Positions 45,208-57,240 are shown, counted from the first letter of the whole stretch. The stretch is 63,860 nucleotides of DNA, filler included, from 17 parts of 17 records of this genome joined end to end with filler, not necessarily neighbours in it, one strand, 5' to 3'. Program-made: numbers and translations. The notes: generated by a model not told the origin, from the letters alone.

Positions 45208-46341
45208 ATGGGTTGCCTGCAACTGGTAGCACTCCTGGCGTGCGGTGCTGCGGCCGAGCTGACGATCGGGGACGAGACCTGGGCGGCGGGAAGTCCGCAC
45301 GAGGTCCGGCTCAAGGTGCTCTCGAACAGCCAGACCGGTGAGCTTGTCAAGGTTATCGTCTCGCCCGGCGGGCGGGTTGAAGAACTCAGGCTGCGCGACC
45401 GGCACACCGGCAGGCTCCGGGACGTGCTGCAGGGCCACTCGGGCAACGCCTCGGACGTGTGGGCCAATCTGCACTGGCGCGGGGCCATGCTAGCGCCATT
45501 TGCCAACAGGATCGCCAATGGGAGCTACCAGTTCGACGGTCGGAGCTACTACATGCCCCGGAATGAAGCACCCGCCCGGCAGTGCGCGCTGCACGGGTTC
45601 CTGCACGACAAACCGCTCACGGTGGCGCACCAGGCCGCGGGGGAGGAGGCGGCCGAGCTTGTTCTGGAGCATCAGTTCGGGGAGGATCCTGGTTACCCGT
45701 TCAAGGTGAAGATTAGCATCAGCTACAAGCTGCACGCCGGGGGCGACGGGCTCGAGATCGCGGTCCGGGCGACCAATATGGCTGGGGACGGGAGCGAGGC
45801 CCCGTTCTTTGTTGGGATGCATCCTTACTTCAAGGTCGAAGATGTTTCCAAGGCCGAGGTGATCATGGACCGGGCGTGTGCAGAGTACTTGCACGTAGAC
45901 ATGCCTGCTGGGGCCCCGCGCGAGGGCTCGCTGATTCCGACGCTCCGGACTAGCGCCTGGACTGGGTTTGATGGCTCCAAGCCGATCGGTGGCGCAAAGG
46001 ACAAACCGACGTACTTCGATGACGAGTTCAAGGCTGCGGAGCTCAAGGCGTGCCAGCCTGGGTCGCACCCGTACGACGTGGCGATGCGCACCTTGATCAA
46101 GGACGCTGCCGGCGGTGCAGTCCTCTGGCAGGACGATAAGTACCTGTACAACCAGATCTTCACAGGCTCGCGTGAGCTCTGGGGTGACAGCGCGGTGGCT
46201 TTCGAACCCATGTCTGCCAAGGCTGATGCTTACAACAATCATGACGGGCTCACTGTATTGAGTGACGGACAGACCTGGTCCGGTTCGTTCGGAATCTATG
46301 CGGCAAGCGCCCTCGATCCATTCAAGGAAAAGCAATGCTAA
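45208..46341 (+). CDS. Secreted aldose 1-epimerase (galactose mutarotase-like) family protein
   Basis: LAPFANRI..G.Y.FDG, ALHG, HPYF and VAFEPM. N-terminal signal peptide. Single exon, 377 aa. Confidence 0.9.
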   Translation: MGCLQLVALLACGAAAELTIGDETWAAGSPHEVRLKVLSNSQTGELVKVIVSPGGRVEELRLRDRHTGRLRDVLQGHSGNASDVWANLHWRGAMLAPFANRIANGSYQFDGRSYYMPRNEAPARQCALHGFLHDKPLTVAHQAAGEEAAELVLEHQFGEDPGYPFKVKISISYKLHAGGDGLEIAVRATNMAGDGSEAPFFVGMHPYFKVEDVSKAEVIMDRACAEYLHVDMPAGAPREGSLIPTLRTSAWTGFDGSKPIGGAKDKPTYFDDEFKAAELKACQPGSHPYDVAMRTLIKDAAGGAVLWQDDKYLYNQIFTGSRELWGDSAVAFEPMSAKADAYNNHDGLTVLSDGQTWSGSFGIYAASALDPFKEKQC

Positions 46342-46482
46342 ACACATCGAGCATCTCGACGAAATGATAATTATTATACTTGCGTATATTGAATTAATTA
46401 TTTACTAAATTTCAAGCTTCACAACGTTATTGACAAAGCATGATCCTCATTTTGAGTGACATGCTCACACTCACCACCTTGC

Positions 46483-46686
46483 TCAAACCTTGTCTAATAG
46501 GCTCCGCTGTAACATCTCTAGTTGTGTCTTCATCATACCTAATTCTGTTTTTAGTTCTTTGTTTTCCTGCATCAAGGCTGATTGACTCGTTTCCAACCTC
46601 TCAGCATGCTCAAACAGCTCCTCTAGACTTTTCTTTTTTCCCTTGATCATTGAATGCAACCTCCCATTAACTTGGACGTTCCCATG
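46483..46686 (-). CDS. C-terminal coiled-coil tail of an AT-richer gene (5' partial)
   Basis: Open frame HGNVQVNG...SLEELFEHAERLETSQSALMQENKELKTELGMMKTQLEMLQRSLLDKV followed by a stop. Confidence 0.5.
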   Translation of the reverse strand, partial: HGNVQVNGRLHSMIKGKKKSLEELFEHAERLETSQSALMQENKELKTELGMMKTQLEMLQRSLLDKV

Positions 46687-46912
46687 NNNNNNNNNNNNNN
46701 NNNNNNNNNNNNNNNNNNNNNNNNNNNNNNTTAATTAATTAANNNNNNNNNNNNNNNNNNNNNNNNNNNNNNNNNNNNNNNNNNNNGGCCTCGGTCCGGG
46801 CCCGCGCCTGCTCCCGGCTCATCATCAACCACTTCAAAAAACCCTCCACCCGACAGCACCCCTCGCGCCCACCAGCCGGGAGGCGTGGGCTGCCGCCTCC
46901 CTCTCCTGACTT

Positions 46913-48290
46913 ATGGACCCTGACGCTACCATGGAGAGCGGCCGTCAGACGGTTGTCGCACCGCCAGAAGGCACAGAGCGACGCGCTGAGCAGACGCCGG
47001 CCGACCCAGACAGACCGGTTGCCTGGGCGCGGCCGGGGGCTGAGCGGTGCTGCAGGACGACGGGGGCAAGTTGGGTCTGACAAACGCTGCCTTCGGCGAG
47101 TCCGCGCTGCAGGTGAAGCCACGCGCAGGCTAGACGGGCCGATCGGGCGGGCAGTGGCGGATTCAGCACATCCAGGAGCGGCGGCAGCAGCTGTGGCAAC
47201 GGCGACAGACAAAGCTGGACACCCTGCGGTCCAAGACCAAGCTCATGTCCAAAAGAGCTCTGCTGATGGGCGACGTGCCGGTGCCGCCTGCCAGGCCAGC
47301 CGAGGCCAGCCAGAGGGCAGCCGGGAATGGAGCAGAACGCACCGCCGCCGATCAGCTCCAAGTGGGCTGCGGGCGGAGGGCTCGAGGCTCAGGCGAGGGG
47401 GCAGGATAAAAGCGCGGGACCTAGACCTGGACGAGGAGGACGAGGAGGCGGAGGAGCCCGAGCCGGACTCTGGGCTTTACTGGAGTGCCGAGCGGTCAGG
47501 CTTATAGCGGCTACGTGAGGCCAACCAAGGCGGCAGGGGGCTTCACAGGCCAGCCGAGCCTAAAGGAGGGGCCAAGGCGTCACCACCAAAGTTGTGAGCG
47601 GCTGAGGGCTGCGAGCAGCTGCGGGTGGCAGGGATTGGAGGGATGAATACGTTATGAAGCCATTCCTGGTGTTGAGCGCAGTGGTCGTGGTGCAAGCGTC
47701 ACCGGGCATGGGGTCACCAGGGTGCAGATCGGGCTGCTAGCCTTCGGGCTCTTCTTCCTGCTGAGTTCGGGCTGGTGGTGGCACTGGATCCGTTGGTTGT
47801 CGCGGGCCAGGTGGCCATCCAGCAAGTGGCCGGGCTGATTGCACTCGCAGCGTGGCACTGTTAGTCTCTTTGATCAACATCACCATCGCAGTGTTCATGT
47901 ACGAACATGTAGCTCAGACCAAGGGCCCGCCAGCTGTCTCGCTTACGTGCGGTCTCGGCTGTGCTTGCCTGATTCCACTCTGCATGCTCTACCCAACGCA
48001 AGCCATGCTGCCGATGATTGGAGCAGCGCTAATGGCCTTCTGCTTCTCAGCTTTCGGGATTTCGCCAGGTGTGGCTCAGTATCGGGGCTCAGGCTCACCG
48101 GTGTGCAGCCCCGGGGACCCGCTTCCCTATTGTGGCATTAATTGCATGCACAGCGGTGTGCTACTTGCTCAAACCGGTAAGCTCACACTGTGAATCGCAC
48201 TCACAGCTGGTGGTGGCAGACCGTTCTCAAGTTGCACAGCATCGTTATCCTCGAGCTGGATGCGCTTCAAGCATACTTGTCGTCGGCTAA
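46913..48290 (+). CDS. Multi-exon hypothetical membrane protein
   Basis: ATG 46913, charged N-terminal exons separated by about 40-nt introns, then several hydrophobic segments at 47720-48180. Boundaries approximate. Confidence 0.45.
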
Positions 48291-48677
48291 GGCCTTCAAA
48301 CCCTAATTCGAAGAAACTTGATGGGTCCTACCTGTTTAATTAATCATCGCTTCCAGCGTTGCTCCGCCATTATGATAAAGGCACGGGCGTTTTAATCATA
48401 CGAATTATATCCCAGCCAGAGGCTGACGGGGCTTGAGGAATACTCTAGCTTCGGAGCCTTCCCCCCCCGGTTCGGTTGGTTTTGTAGCGCTGTCAAGCGC
48501 CGCAAGCTCCCCGGCCCCGCCTACCGTACAATCCGCCTGCACCGAGCGGCCTGCGTTTTAACACTGGGGACCCAAAGTCGCGATTGTGGCTGTCACAGCC
48601 GGAATCAGTGGCTGTGATCCACTCGATTTCGCACTTTTGTTGTGTGGGCACCGCTTCGCCGCATCGCGCCTGCACGC

Positions 48678-49454
48678 ATGAGCGAGCCAGAGCAGACACC
48701 GGAGGTGCCGGGCACCTCGGAGTTCCCGCCGTTCCCGTCCACCGAGCGCATGTCCTCGGTCGGGTCGTGGCACATGGCGAATGCGGAATCCACCGACGAT
48801 GAGAGCTGGCTCGACCTGGAGGGCAGCATGAGCTCCGCCGCGTTCGACCTGGATCTCACAGACGTGGAGAGCCGGGAGCAGAGCCCAAATGTTGTTCACC
48901 GTGCCCCGTCTCGCAACTCGTGCCTTTCCTCCCGGAGCTCCTTTGCCAGCATCAAAAGGTAACCCAGTGCGCGGTGCAAACGTCCAATCGGGGGACAGCG
49001 TGGAGGTCATGCCTAGCCACACCTGGACCGAACGGGGCCCGCTCGGTATGCGGCTGGCCAAAGCCAAGCAGTCGGAGCACATTGTGGTCGAGAAAGTCAA
49101 GGACAAGGACCTGAAGAACATCAGCCGCGGAATGATTGTGGCCGAGGTGAACGGAATTCCCACCGCCGGCAAGAGCTTCGAGGTGTCCAGCCCCGGCCGG
49201 GCCGCGGAAATGGCGGGCGGCAGGATGTGATCAGCTCGATTCGCAACGCCGATCGGCCTCTCACCATAGGCTTTGAGCGACCACAGAAGGTGCCAGGGTT
49301 AACTGGCCGTGATGAGTTAAGTTCGCAGAACTCCAAGAGCGAGGGCTTGGGCAGGCTGCCCTCGCTGCAGCCGCTGCTGCAGACAGCCGCAGTCGTCCTA
49401 CCGATGGCGCTCCAGGGTCTGTTGCTGAGCGAGGTGGAGGTTGCGTATTCGTAA
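48678..49454 (+). CDS. PDZ-domain protein, 4 exons
   Basis: GPLGMRL...IVVEKV...GMIVAEVNG...DVISSIRNADRPLTIGFERP after removing 39-41 nt introns. Confidence 0.7.
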
Positions 49455-49799
49455 CCCCGTGAGCAGAGCAGGTGCCTTCACTGAATCATGGGTTTCCAGA
49501 CATATTGCTTGTATGTTTGAAACCATTGACTTGGTGAAGACGCGCAGACTCTTTCGTGCGCCCCAGAATGATACTAGGAGAATGGTCAGAGAGTGCCACA
49601 ATCACGATAACCAATATTGTATTTTAATAGCCAAGACTAATTAGTAAAACTACTCAAAGATTATTAATGATTATTATTTTGACAACCTCAAACTGGCTCA
49701 ATGCACACAGACGATGATCAATGCACACAAACAATCATCGAAAAAGCCCTGCGTGATGCTCCAATCTCATAGCCGGGTAGAGTTGGCGCTCTTACTAAG

Positions 49800-50579
49800 C
49801 TACTCTGCATCGCTCGGCTCTTCGGCGGCTGGCGCCTCTGTCTCTTTTCCAGGCGACTGCATAAAGGGAAGCGACGTTGACACTGCTCTTGCGTGCCCCA
49901 CCGCCGAGCCTATTGCGTGCCTTTGCTCGTTGTACCGGGCACACCGGTCCGAATCCAGGCCGGCTTCCCGTCCGATCTGGACTCGGTCCAGCTGAGCGGC
50001 CACGTGGGCCATCTCCGGCGACATCGGGGCCAGCCCGACCTTGTCAGGACTGGCGGTCCGGATGAAGTCTCTCACCTGCTGGCACTTGCGCTGGAGCGCC
50101 TCTGTTGTGAACCCTGCCGCGAGCTCCGGCGGCGGATATTGGGTCAACCCTGCCGCCACTGGACTCCGTGCGGGCAGCACCGGCAGCGGGCTCCGGGCTG
50201 GCGGCGGCAGCGGGCTCCGGGCTGGTAGCGGGGCGGCGTACGGGTAGGCTGGCAGCGGGGCCGGGACCACCGGCGGGGGCGGCGGCGGCGTGCGTGCCAC
50301 GGCTAGAGCGCGGACGCTCTCGGCTCGGGCGTCGTCCATCTCGCGAGCATAGTGCCGCTCGTTCAGGCTGCCGAGTCGCTCGGTCAGCGCGGCCACCTGG
50401 TGCTGCAGCCGCTCCACCGGCTCGCGCGCTGCCGCCACCTCGATCAACACCGGTGGTGCAGGGGCGAACGGCGGGGGAGGGGCGGAGGCGTGGCGCATGG
50501 CGTAGTAATGTTGTAGCGGGGAATAGTGCGGCAGGCTGGACGGCTCGCTGGGCGTTGCGTCCTCCTCCACCTCGGGCAT
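49800..50579 (-). CDS. Proline-rich hypothetical protein
   Basis: 259-aa single ORF with PARSPLP repeats, ending at an AT-rich spacer. Confidence 0.55.
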   Translation of the reverse strand: MPEVEEDATPSEPSSLPHYSPLQHYYAMRHASAPPPPFAPAPPVLIEVAAAREPVERLQHQVAALTERLGSLNERHYAREMDDARAESVRALAVARTPPPPPPVVPAPLPAYPYAAPLPARSPLPPPARSPLPVLPARSPVAAGLTQYPPPELAAGFTTEALQRKCQQVRDFIRTASPDKVGLAPMSPEMAHVAAQLDRVQIGREAGLDSDRCARYNEQRHAIGSAVGHARAVSTSLPFMQSPGKETEAPAAEEPSDAE

Positions 50580-51255
50580 CTCCGCTCTCCGCCCGCAACG
50601 GTCGCGTTAACACTGAAAATTCTGGAAATTCTTGAGGATGACTCACTCGCAAGTTCTCGCTAGGGGACCGCGCGTCCGCGGCTCGTCGATCTCTGCAATG
50701 CCTCACGAGAAGGTGAAGTTTGATTGGGACCACGACCGCTGCGAGCCGCTCGTCNNNNNNNNNNNNNNNNNNNNNNNNNNNNNNNNNNNNNNNNNNNNTT
50801 AATTAATTAANNNNNNNNNNNNNNNNNNNNNNNNNNNNNNNNNNNNNNNNNNNNTAATTAAGTGTAAGAGTGCGTCGCTCTTCTTACTTAAGTGTAAGCC
50901 AGCGGCCTTCTATTAATACATGATCGATCGCGACATTGTCAGTAAGTAACGTTGTGAGTTACATGTAGTACTTAATATAACAAGTACATCAACGTTGACA
51001 TGAATTGATTGTACAATCATATGCATGGACTCGTACTAGCTGGCGGCCGAACCGAATACACTAAGCTTACAATGTCATAACAATGTCATGTACTTAGCAC
51101 TAGGTTAACACTAAGTCTGGCATGCCTACATGTAGGTCAACCTAGTACTTATGCATTGTAAGCTTTGCTCGCCTCGGCCATGCCCATGCGGCATGTCAAG
51201 ATTGCCTTGTGGCCAAGGTTGCTCCAATTTTGCTCCCCTTTGTATCATCTGCTGA

Positions 51256-53455
51256 TCATCGGCGTCGGCCATCAGCAGCCCACCAACAGAATTGAGAGGT
51301 GCCATCGAAAAAGTTGAGCCCCTCACAAGCGCCAAACATCTTGGAATGGAACGTGAAGTAGTCCTCCACTCCGTTGGCAAAAAGCACCGCCAACGTAGCG
51401 TTGCGAATCGGGTAGTCCTTTGAATCTCCAGTCACCAGCTTACGGGACCAAGTGGCCGTGTTGTTGTAGCCGATCCTCTGAATCTCAGGGTTCTCGATGT
51501 CGCCAGAGCCTTTGGTGCCGTTCTTGCCGCTGCACTCGTACTCGACGTCCCAGCACGGATAACCGTTGCCGGGGTCCCACTTGTACAAGTCCCGGACTCC
51601 ACTGAAGTTGGTCCCGGGGGGCATCACGAGCATGTAGTCTGCAAACGCCATGCTGCTGTTTGTGTTGAGCCCTATCCCGTACCAAGCCTGGCCCTCAAAC
51701 GTCTGCTTGAAGAAGATGTCGTCGCCCGAGATGCTCCAGCTGAGCAAAGTCTTAGACGAGACACTCGGGCTAGTCGAACACAGGTACTTGCCTTCCAACG
51801 CAACGCTGTCAACCACCCGAGGGCTGCGCGTCGGAACGTATCCGCCAAACCGAGCAGGCGAAAGAGGCTCGCCAATCATCAGCGATCGGTCCTCGGCGGC
51901 CGCGTCTGCCAGATATCCGCAGTCCACCCTGTTGCACCCGACGCAAGAGGTACAGTCGGGCTTGACGCATTTGGCCTGGCAGCAGTCCGGGCTCTTCTGC
52001 AGGCTGAGATCGCCACGTGGGTAGCCGTTGAACTCGCCGGCCCCCGCCCCGGGCTGCTCCCACATGGGGCCGGGCTCGGTATGGAACTGCGCGCGGTAGG
52101 CCTGGGCGCGGCTCAGCCAAGCGGCTGCCGGTGAGGCACCTGGAGCATCTTGCTCTGCTGCTCCACAAGCTCCTTCTTCTCATCAGCCCCTCCGAACGAT
52201 GGCGCGTGGTGCACGTAGTGCCCGAACATCCGGAGCGTGTCCCGCTTGTACCGCTCTGTGTCCAAGATGTGCTCGTGCCACACCAGGTCTACCAGCTTAG
52301 AAGGCACCGCCGGCTGGTCCGGGTATCGCTGCATCAGCAGCAGCATCCGCTTGTACTGCTCGATGGCGCCGGTGGCGGTCCGGTTGTCCTTGAAGTAGCT
52401 CGGGTAGTCCCTCTGCAGCTTGGGCACCAGCCGTTCCAGATCCAGAGCCCAGGGCGAGTGGTGCTGCTCACCAGGACAGCTAACCGCCTCCTCAGCCAGG
52501 GCGGCAGTCCGGCTGGCCGGGCCCTCGCAAGAACCCGAGCTCGTCCAGATGTGCTCGATCACCGCCGCCCCCGGCCGGGTCGGGCACTCCACCTTGGCCG
52601 AGCGGCACAGGTCGTGCTGGTCTCGCCGGCACCGGATGCACCTGTCCTGCCTGAGCGGGTAGGACCAGACCGGGGCGCCTGTTGGCCGCGAACGACTGCT
52701 TGCCCTCTCCGTCCAAGTGCTGCACGAACACGGGCGAGCCCTTGAACGAGTGGGAAAGGTTGTTCTGCCAGCGAGGGTGGCTTGGGAGCACGCACCCGGC
52801 AGCGGGCGCTGTGGCGGTGGCCGGCCCGGTGCTGTCAGGGTTCCACTTGCTGGGGTCCCACAGGCTGAGCTGCTTGAGGTAAACGAACGGGTCCGGCGCG
52901 TCCCCGGCCGGTGAGTTGGCCCAGAGCAGCTTGAAGGTTGCGTTCCCCCGGGTCTGCAGGCGCAGCCCGGGGCTCTCCCAGGCGTGGTCGCTGGGCGTCC
53001 ACGAGAACTGGGCCGTGCCGTTGAACGGGGTCTCCGCGGTCGAGTACAAGTTGTTGGCGCAGTTGAATCCGATCGCCAGACCTTGGCCCCGGGGCTCAGC
53101 CGGGCGCAGGGAGCCGGGCACCGGGCGACAGGTCGTGGAAATGGCCCTGGGCCTCGCCGTTGGCTCCGGTCCAGTCGATCTGGACTGCCAGGTAGATGTG
53201 CTTCTGGTTGTACAGCTTGCTCCCCTTGGGCGCGGTCACCGTGAAGTGCACCGGGCTGTTGTACTCGTATTGAGTGGCGGAGGCCGCGAACAGGATGTCG
53301 GTTGAGAGCTCGTTCGGGGTGATGTACCCGCCGAGTAGGCTGCCCCCGACCACAAAATTCGGGTCCTGGCAGTCGATCTCAGACGGCGGCCCCCCGGCGG
53401 CTCCGGCCAGCCCCAAGGTGAGCAGCAACAGGCCAGCAGCACGATCGAAAGCCAT
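51256..53455 (-). CDS. Secreted Reeler-like + GRDP/DUF1399-like + DOMON domain protein, 4 exons
   Basis: Signal peptide, Reeler-like beta domain, VPSKLVDLVWHEHILDT..Y..D...FG.YVHHAP, and DOMON WYGIG...SMAFAD...WSRKL.TGD..D...H. Three introns of 40, 37 (GC-AG 52642-52678) and 38 nt. Confidence 0.78.
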
Positions 53456-53593
53456 CGATTTCCGTTTCTCAGTCAACACCACGGAAAGCCGGCACGCCAC
53501 AAGCACTGGGTCAAGTCATAATCAAGGTCAGCGCTTCCAGTCTTCAGTTGGCCGGGTCTTGAGCTGAGCCGCCCCCACCAACCCGCCACAGAC

Positions 53594-53887
53594 ATGCCGC
53601 CGGCCCTCACCGCTGCTCTCCTGTTGCTAGCCTATGCGGCCGCCGAGCCGAGCCTGAGCCAACCGGCCTCTCCCGAGGTCCCGTCGTCCCCGGGGGGCGG
53701 CCTGCGAGCGGGCCGGGGCAGGGCTTCCCGGCCGGGTCTTTACTACTCACGCTCGCCGGGCTCTACTCGGCGCTCGTCTACTGCGTGCCGATCCGGCTGG
53801 CCGTCGGCCAGATCTCGAACATGCCAAACCGGCTCCGGCTCGGGCTCGGGCTGGCGATGGCGGTTGGGGCGCACGGGTTCGCCCCCC
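53594..53887 (+). CDS. Signal-peptide/membrane protein (3' partial)
   Basis: MPPALTAALLLLAYAAAE, a probable short intron, then a hydrophobic segment. Divergent from 53455. Confidence 0.4.
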
Positions 53888-53987
53888 NNNNNNNNNNNNN
53901 NNNNNNNNNNNNNNNNNNNNNNNNNNNNNNNTTAATTAATTAANNNNNNNNNNNNNNNNNNNNNNNNNNNNNNNNNNNNNNNNNNNN

Positions 53988-54665
53988 GGGGGGGGCGTGG
54001 GCGATCAGGACGAGGCTGTCGAGCGCGAGGGGGCCGACGTGATGAGTGCCGCAGAGCTGGAGGAGCTGCACAGGGCTGAGCAGGCGCAGGACCAGAGAAA
54101 GGCAGGCCAGATGATCGCCGACGCCGAGGACCAGCTCAACCGGGCGGTGCGGGCCAAGCAGACCGAGGACGTTAAACTGGCGGCCGAGCGCGCCGTGGCT
54201 GAAGCGACTAGGCAGTACCAAGAGGCCGTGGCGCGGGCCGAGCGCACCGAGGCCAGGCTGCATCAGCAGTCAGAGGACCGGTACCTGCGGAGCCATCAGG
54301 CGGCCCAGCGGGAGTTCGGGCTGGCCGAGCAGCAGATCAACCACAAATTCGGCGAGCTGACGTTGCAAGTGAATTTGGACAAGCAAAGGACATACGAGAG
54401 GCTCACCGCGGACTGGACGCGCAGCAAGCAGCAGGCCGGGGCGGAGGAGCTGGGCGCGTTCGAAAAGCTGGAGCGGAAGCAGGCTGCTGACGACAAGGAG
54501 GCCCAGATCGAGTACGAGGCAGCTGAGGAGGCGAGCGACAACAGGCACACCAAGGAGCTCCAGGAGGTGCAGCAAGCCGAGCGGGAGCGGGGCGCGCAGG
54601 CGCCTCCGGCTCAGATGGCAAGTGGACTCGCCGCCGGTTCAGGTCCCCGGGCTGAGTCAGGCTAG
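53988..54665 (+). CDS. Coiled-coil protein (5' partial)
   Basis: 222+ aa A/E/Q-rich helical ORF. Confidence 0.6.
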   Translation, partial: GGGVGDQDEAVEREGADVMSAAELEELHRAEQAQDQRKAGQMIADAEDQLNRAVRAKQTEDVKLAAERAVAEATRQYQEAVARAERTEARLHQQSEDRYLRSHQAAQREFGLAEQQINHKFGELTLQVNLDKQRTYERLTADWTRSKQQAGAEELGAFEKLERKQAADDKEAQIEYEAAEEASDNRHTKELQEVQQAERERGAQAPPAQMASGLAAGSGPRAESG

Positions 54666-55061
54666 CTAAATCTAGCTTCAGCGCCTCCACCTCACCCGCG
54701 TCACTCATCCGGCTTTAACCCTCGTCGCCTGTTAACACTCTAACATATCAGTGCGAAAATAGTAACTGTACGATCTTCCAAAATTATAAAGCTGCAATTT
54801 TATTATTACAAGTATAAAAATTTCTGAAGGTTGGCGGCCCCCGTGGCCAGCACCGCCAAAAAGGCCCAAACGGCACAGATTAGCGCCTTAACACAAATCA
54901 CCGGAACAGGCCGCGGCAATAACATTACAAGCAAATGTACTTGTAGTTAATTCAAGTACTACGTACGTAACGTGCGCGTACTTTTGATAGTGGTTTTAAT
55001 TAATACAGAATTATATTGTGGTTGCACTCATGTTGCACTCGGCCGGGAACAAGGATCTCCC

Positions 55062-57240
55062 CTAATAACAAGTTAGAGTCCCGCGTTGCTGGCGCTCTGG
55101 ACTACACACTTGTCCCGGTTTAAGAATTGTGGCTGGGTTGATGCGCTCTTCAGCCCAATCAATGATCAGATGAATACGCGCCTTCTGTGTTGCATAGTTT
55201 CGAACTGCGTGTGGCACAAGATTGTTCAACTCGTATACAACCCCCTCGCTCGAGGGAATGCGAACGTATGAACCCTTGGGGCTCTCTGCGACAAAGTAGG
55301 TCTCGTTGTGAGTAAGGAGAGGGACGTGGGTTCGATGTGTGGACATCACCCACGGCCCATAGTCGGTGTGTTTGTTGATTCGTGCGCCTGGCGGAATAAT
55401 GGCAAACTGCATCCGCACGATCTGATTCAAATCAATGCGAAGAGGTTTGAGAACAGCGCGATCAAGCAGAGGAAGCCAATCGTCCAAGAAAGGGAAGTGA
55501 TAGACGTTCTCTCCCTTCCAGTCGCTAAAGACGAGCACAGCCGCCACCACGCCAGGCTTGAGGCGTTCCATCATCTGATCTCGATGTGAGAGCATTGCAT
55601 TATTGCGCTGCTGATACTCCGGCTGGAAGATCTCGTTCTTTGTTGCAACCAGCCTATCTCTAACATCCGCAACATCGATAGTGCACAGGTAAGCCACCAC
55701 CCTCTCCAGATCCTGCCCACACCGACATTAGCTGGCCATACACAGCGCTCCAAACACCTGATCATACATCAGCTGCTGGTGCTTCGCTTCAAGTGGCAGC
55801 CGGATTGTTTGCCCGTCATTTCTATAGCACCCCTCAGTTCTATTCGACAAGGACTGCCAGTTGAGTGTTTTCAGGTTTGGGAAATCCTCGGCGACCTTGC
55901 TTTGAACGCACTCTCCTTCACTTAGTGATCCCTCACAGGATTGCTCCACTTGCAACCCTAGGTAGGCCTCGGTAACCACCTGGTTGATCAGCCCATTGGT
56001 CTCAATGCTTCGCACAAATAGCTCCTCGGATGTTGATAGATCCACCGCAACAAGAAGAGTAGGACTAGCAATGGCGCGATCGGCTGGCTTAAGAGCACCA
56101 GACACCCCAAAATAAGCTACACCCCCCTGGACCGCCAGACCCTTGGCAAAGGCAAGCATGTTTTTGTAGCCCCCGGTGGCTGAATGGGTCTCGAGCACGG
56201 GATGAGATAAATTGGGACTCCAAAGAACGCGTCGGTCTCTCGTCCCTGAGCCGGGGCCCACGAGTGCCACCGACACCAGCTGAGCGGTGCTCGAATCGAG
56301 AGTTATCAGCCTTACTGACCTGTCTCGATTGTGTTCGATCCACGGGTCGTCGTCTTGCCAAAATGCAATCCCATGACACATGTTGCCCGCGTTCAGGACC
56401 GGCTCAAACCCGGGACGGATAATCTCAGAACGGTGGCCCTGCCGCAACGCCGAGAGTCGCGTGGCTGGCGCAGACTTGCCCTCTGGCAGCCTCAGCCCAA
56501 CTCCGCCGTGCAAATTGGCCAGCAGCAGCGACCGGCCATGCACAGCCACGTTGTTCACGTGGTCCTGCCGGCTGAATCCGCCGTGCCGTTTCCTCACGGT
56601 GGCATTCTGGAGGTGAGCTGGAAGAGCAGTCGTGTTCAGAGAGAGAGTTGCAGTTTGCAGCTGCTGCCTAAGCCACGAACCCCAGCTCTGCTCCTCCGGA
56701 AGCGGTGCCGAGCGCGGCATGGCAAGTTCCACAATTTGGCCGTGTCGGGTGTCGGCAACAAAGACCGAATCGCCCAGCCTCACGGCGTCGTGACCGTCCT
56801 CAGTGCCGGGCACACGGAGCGTTTGGACGATACCGCCCGATCGGGTGTCCAGCTCCTCGAGCAGGTCGATCGTGCTGCTCGGAGAGGACAGGAGCCAGAG
56901 CCGCCGGGCCCGGGCAGGCCCGTCCGCGGCGAAGATGCCCCTGAACCGCCGCCCTGGGTGGGAGTGCAGGACTTGGGTGGTGCCGTCCGCGGGGCACACC
57001 CGCAGGATCTGCGAGTGCGTGGCGAGCAGCAGGCAATTGTCTCGGTGGTCGTTGGGCGGGGCCGGCCAGACGTTGCCGTTGGCCACGATCCGCCCGCCCG
57101 AGCGCAGCAGTGCCTCCCAACTCCCGGCCGAGCCGTTGTCAACAGACTCTGGGTCCGCGCACTGGTCTGCATGAGCCGCGCGAGCCAGCAGCAGCACCAG
57201 GAGCCCGGCGGCCCCGCGCTGACGAGCCAGCTTCCGTAGT
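55062..57240 (-). CDS. Secreted beta-propeller + aspartyl/asparaginyl beta-hydroxylase-type 2OG-Fe(II) dioxygenase (5' partial)
   Basis: Signal-like segment and propeller-type strands (GHDAV, HVNNV, CHGI, FAKGLAV). A 45-nt intron near 55713-55757 leads to PPGARINKHTD...HRTHVPL...ELNN..PHAV.N...RIHLIID. Confidence 0.8.
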
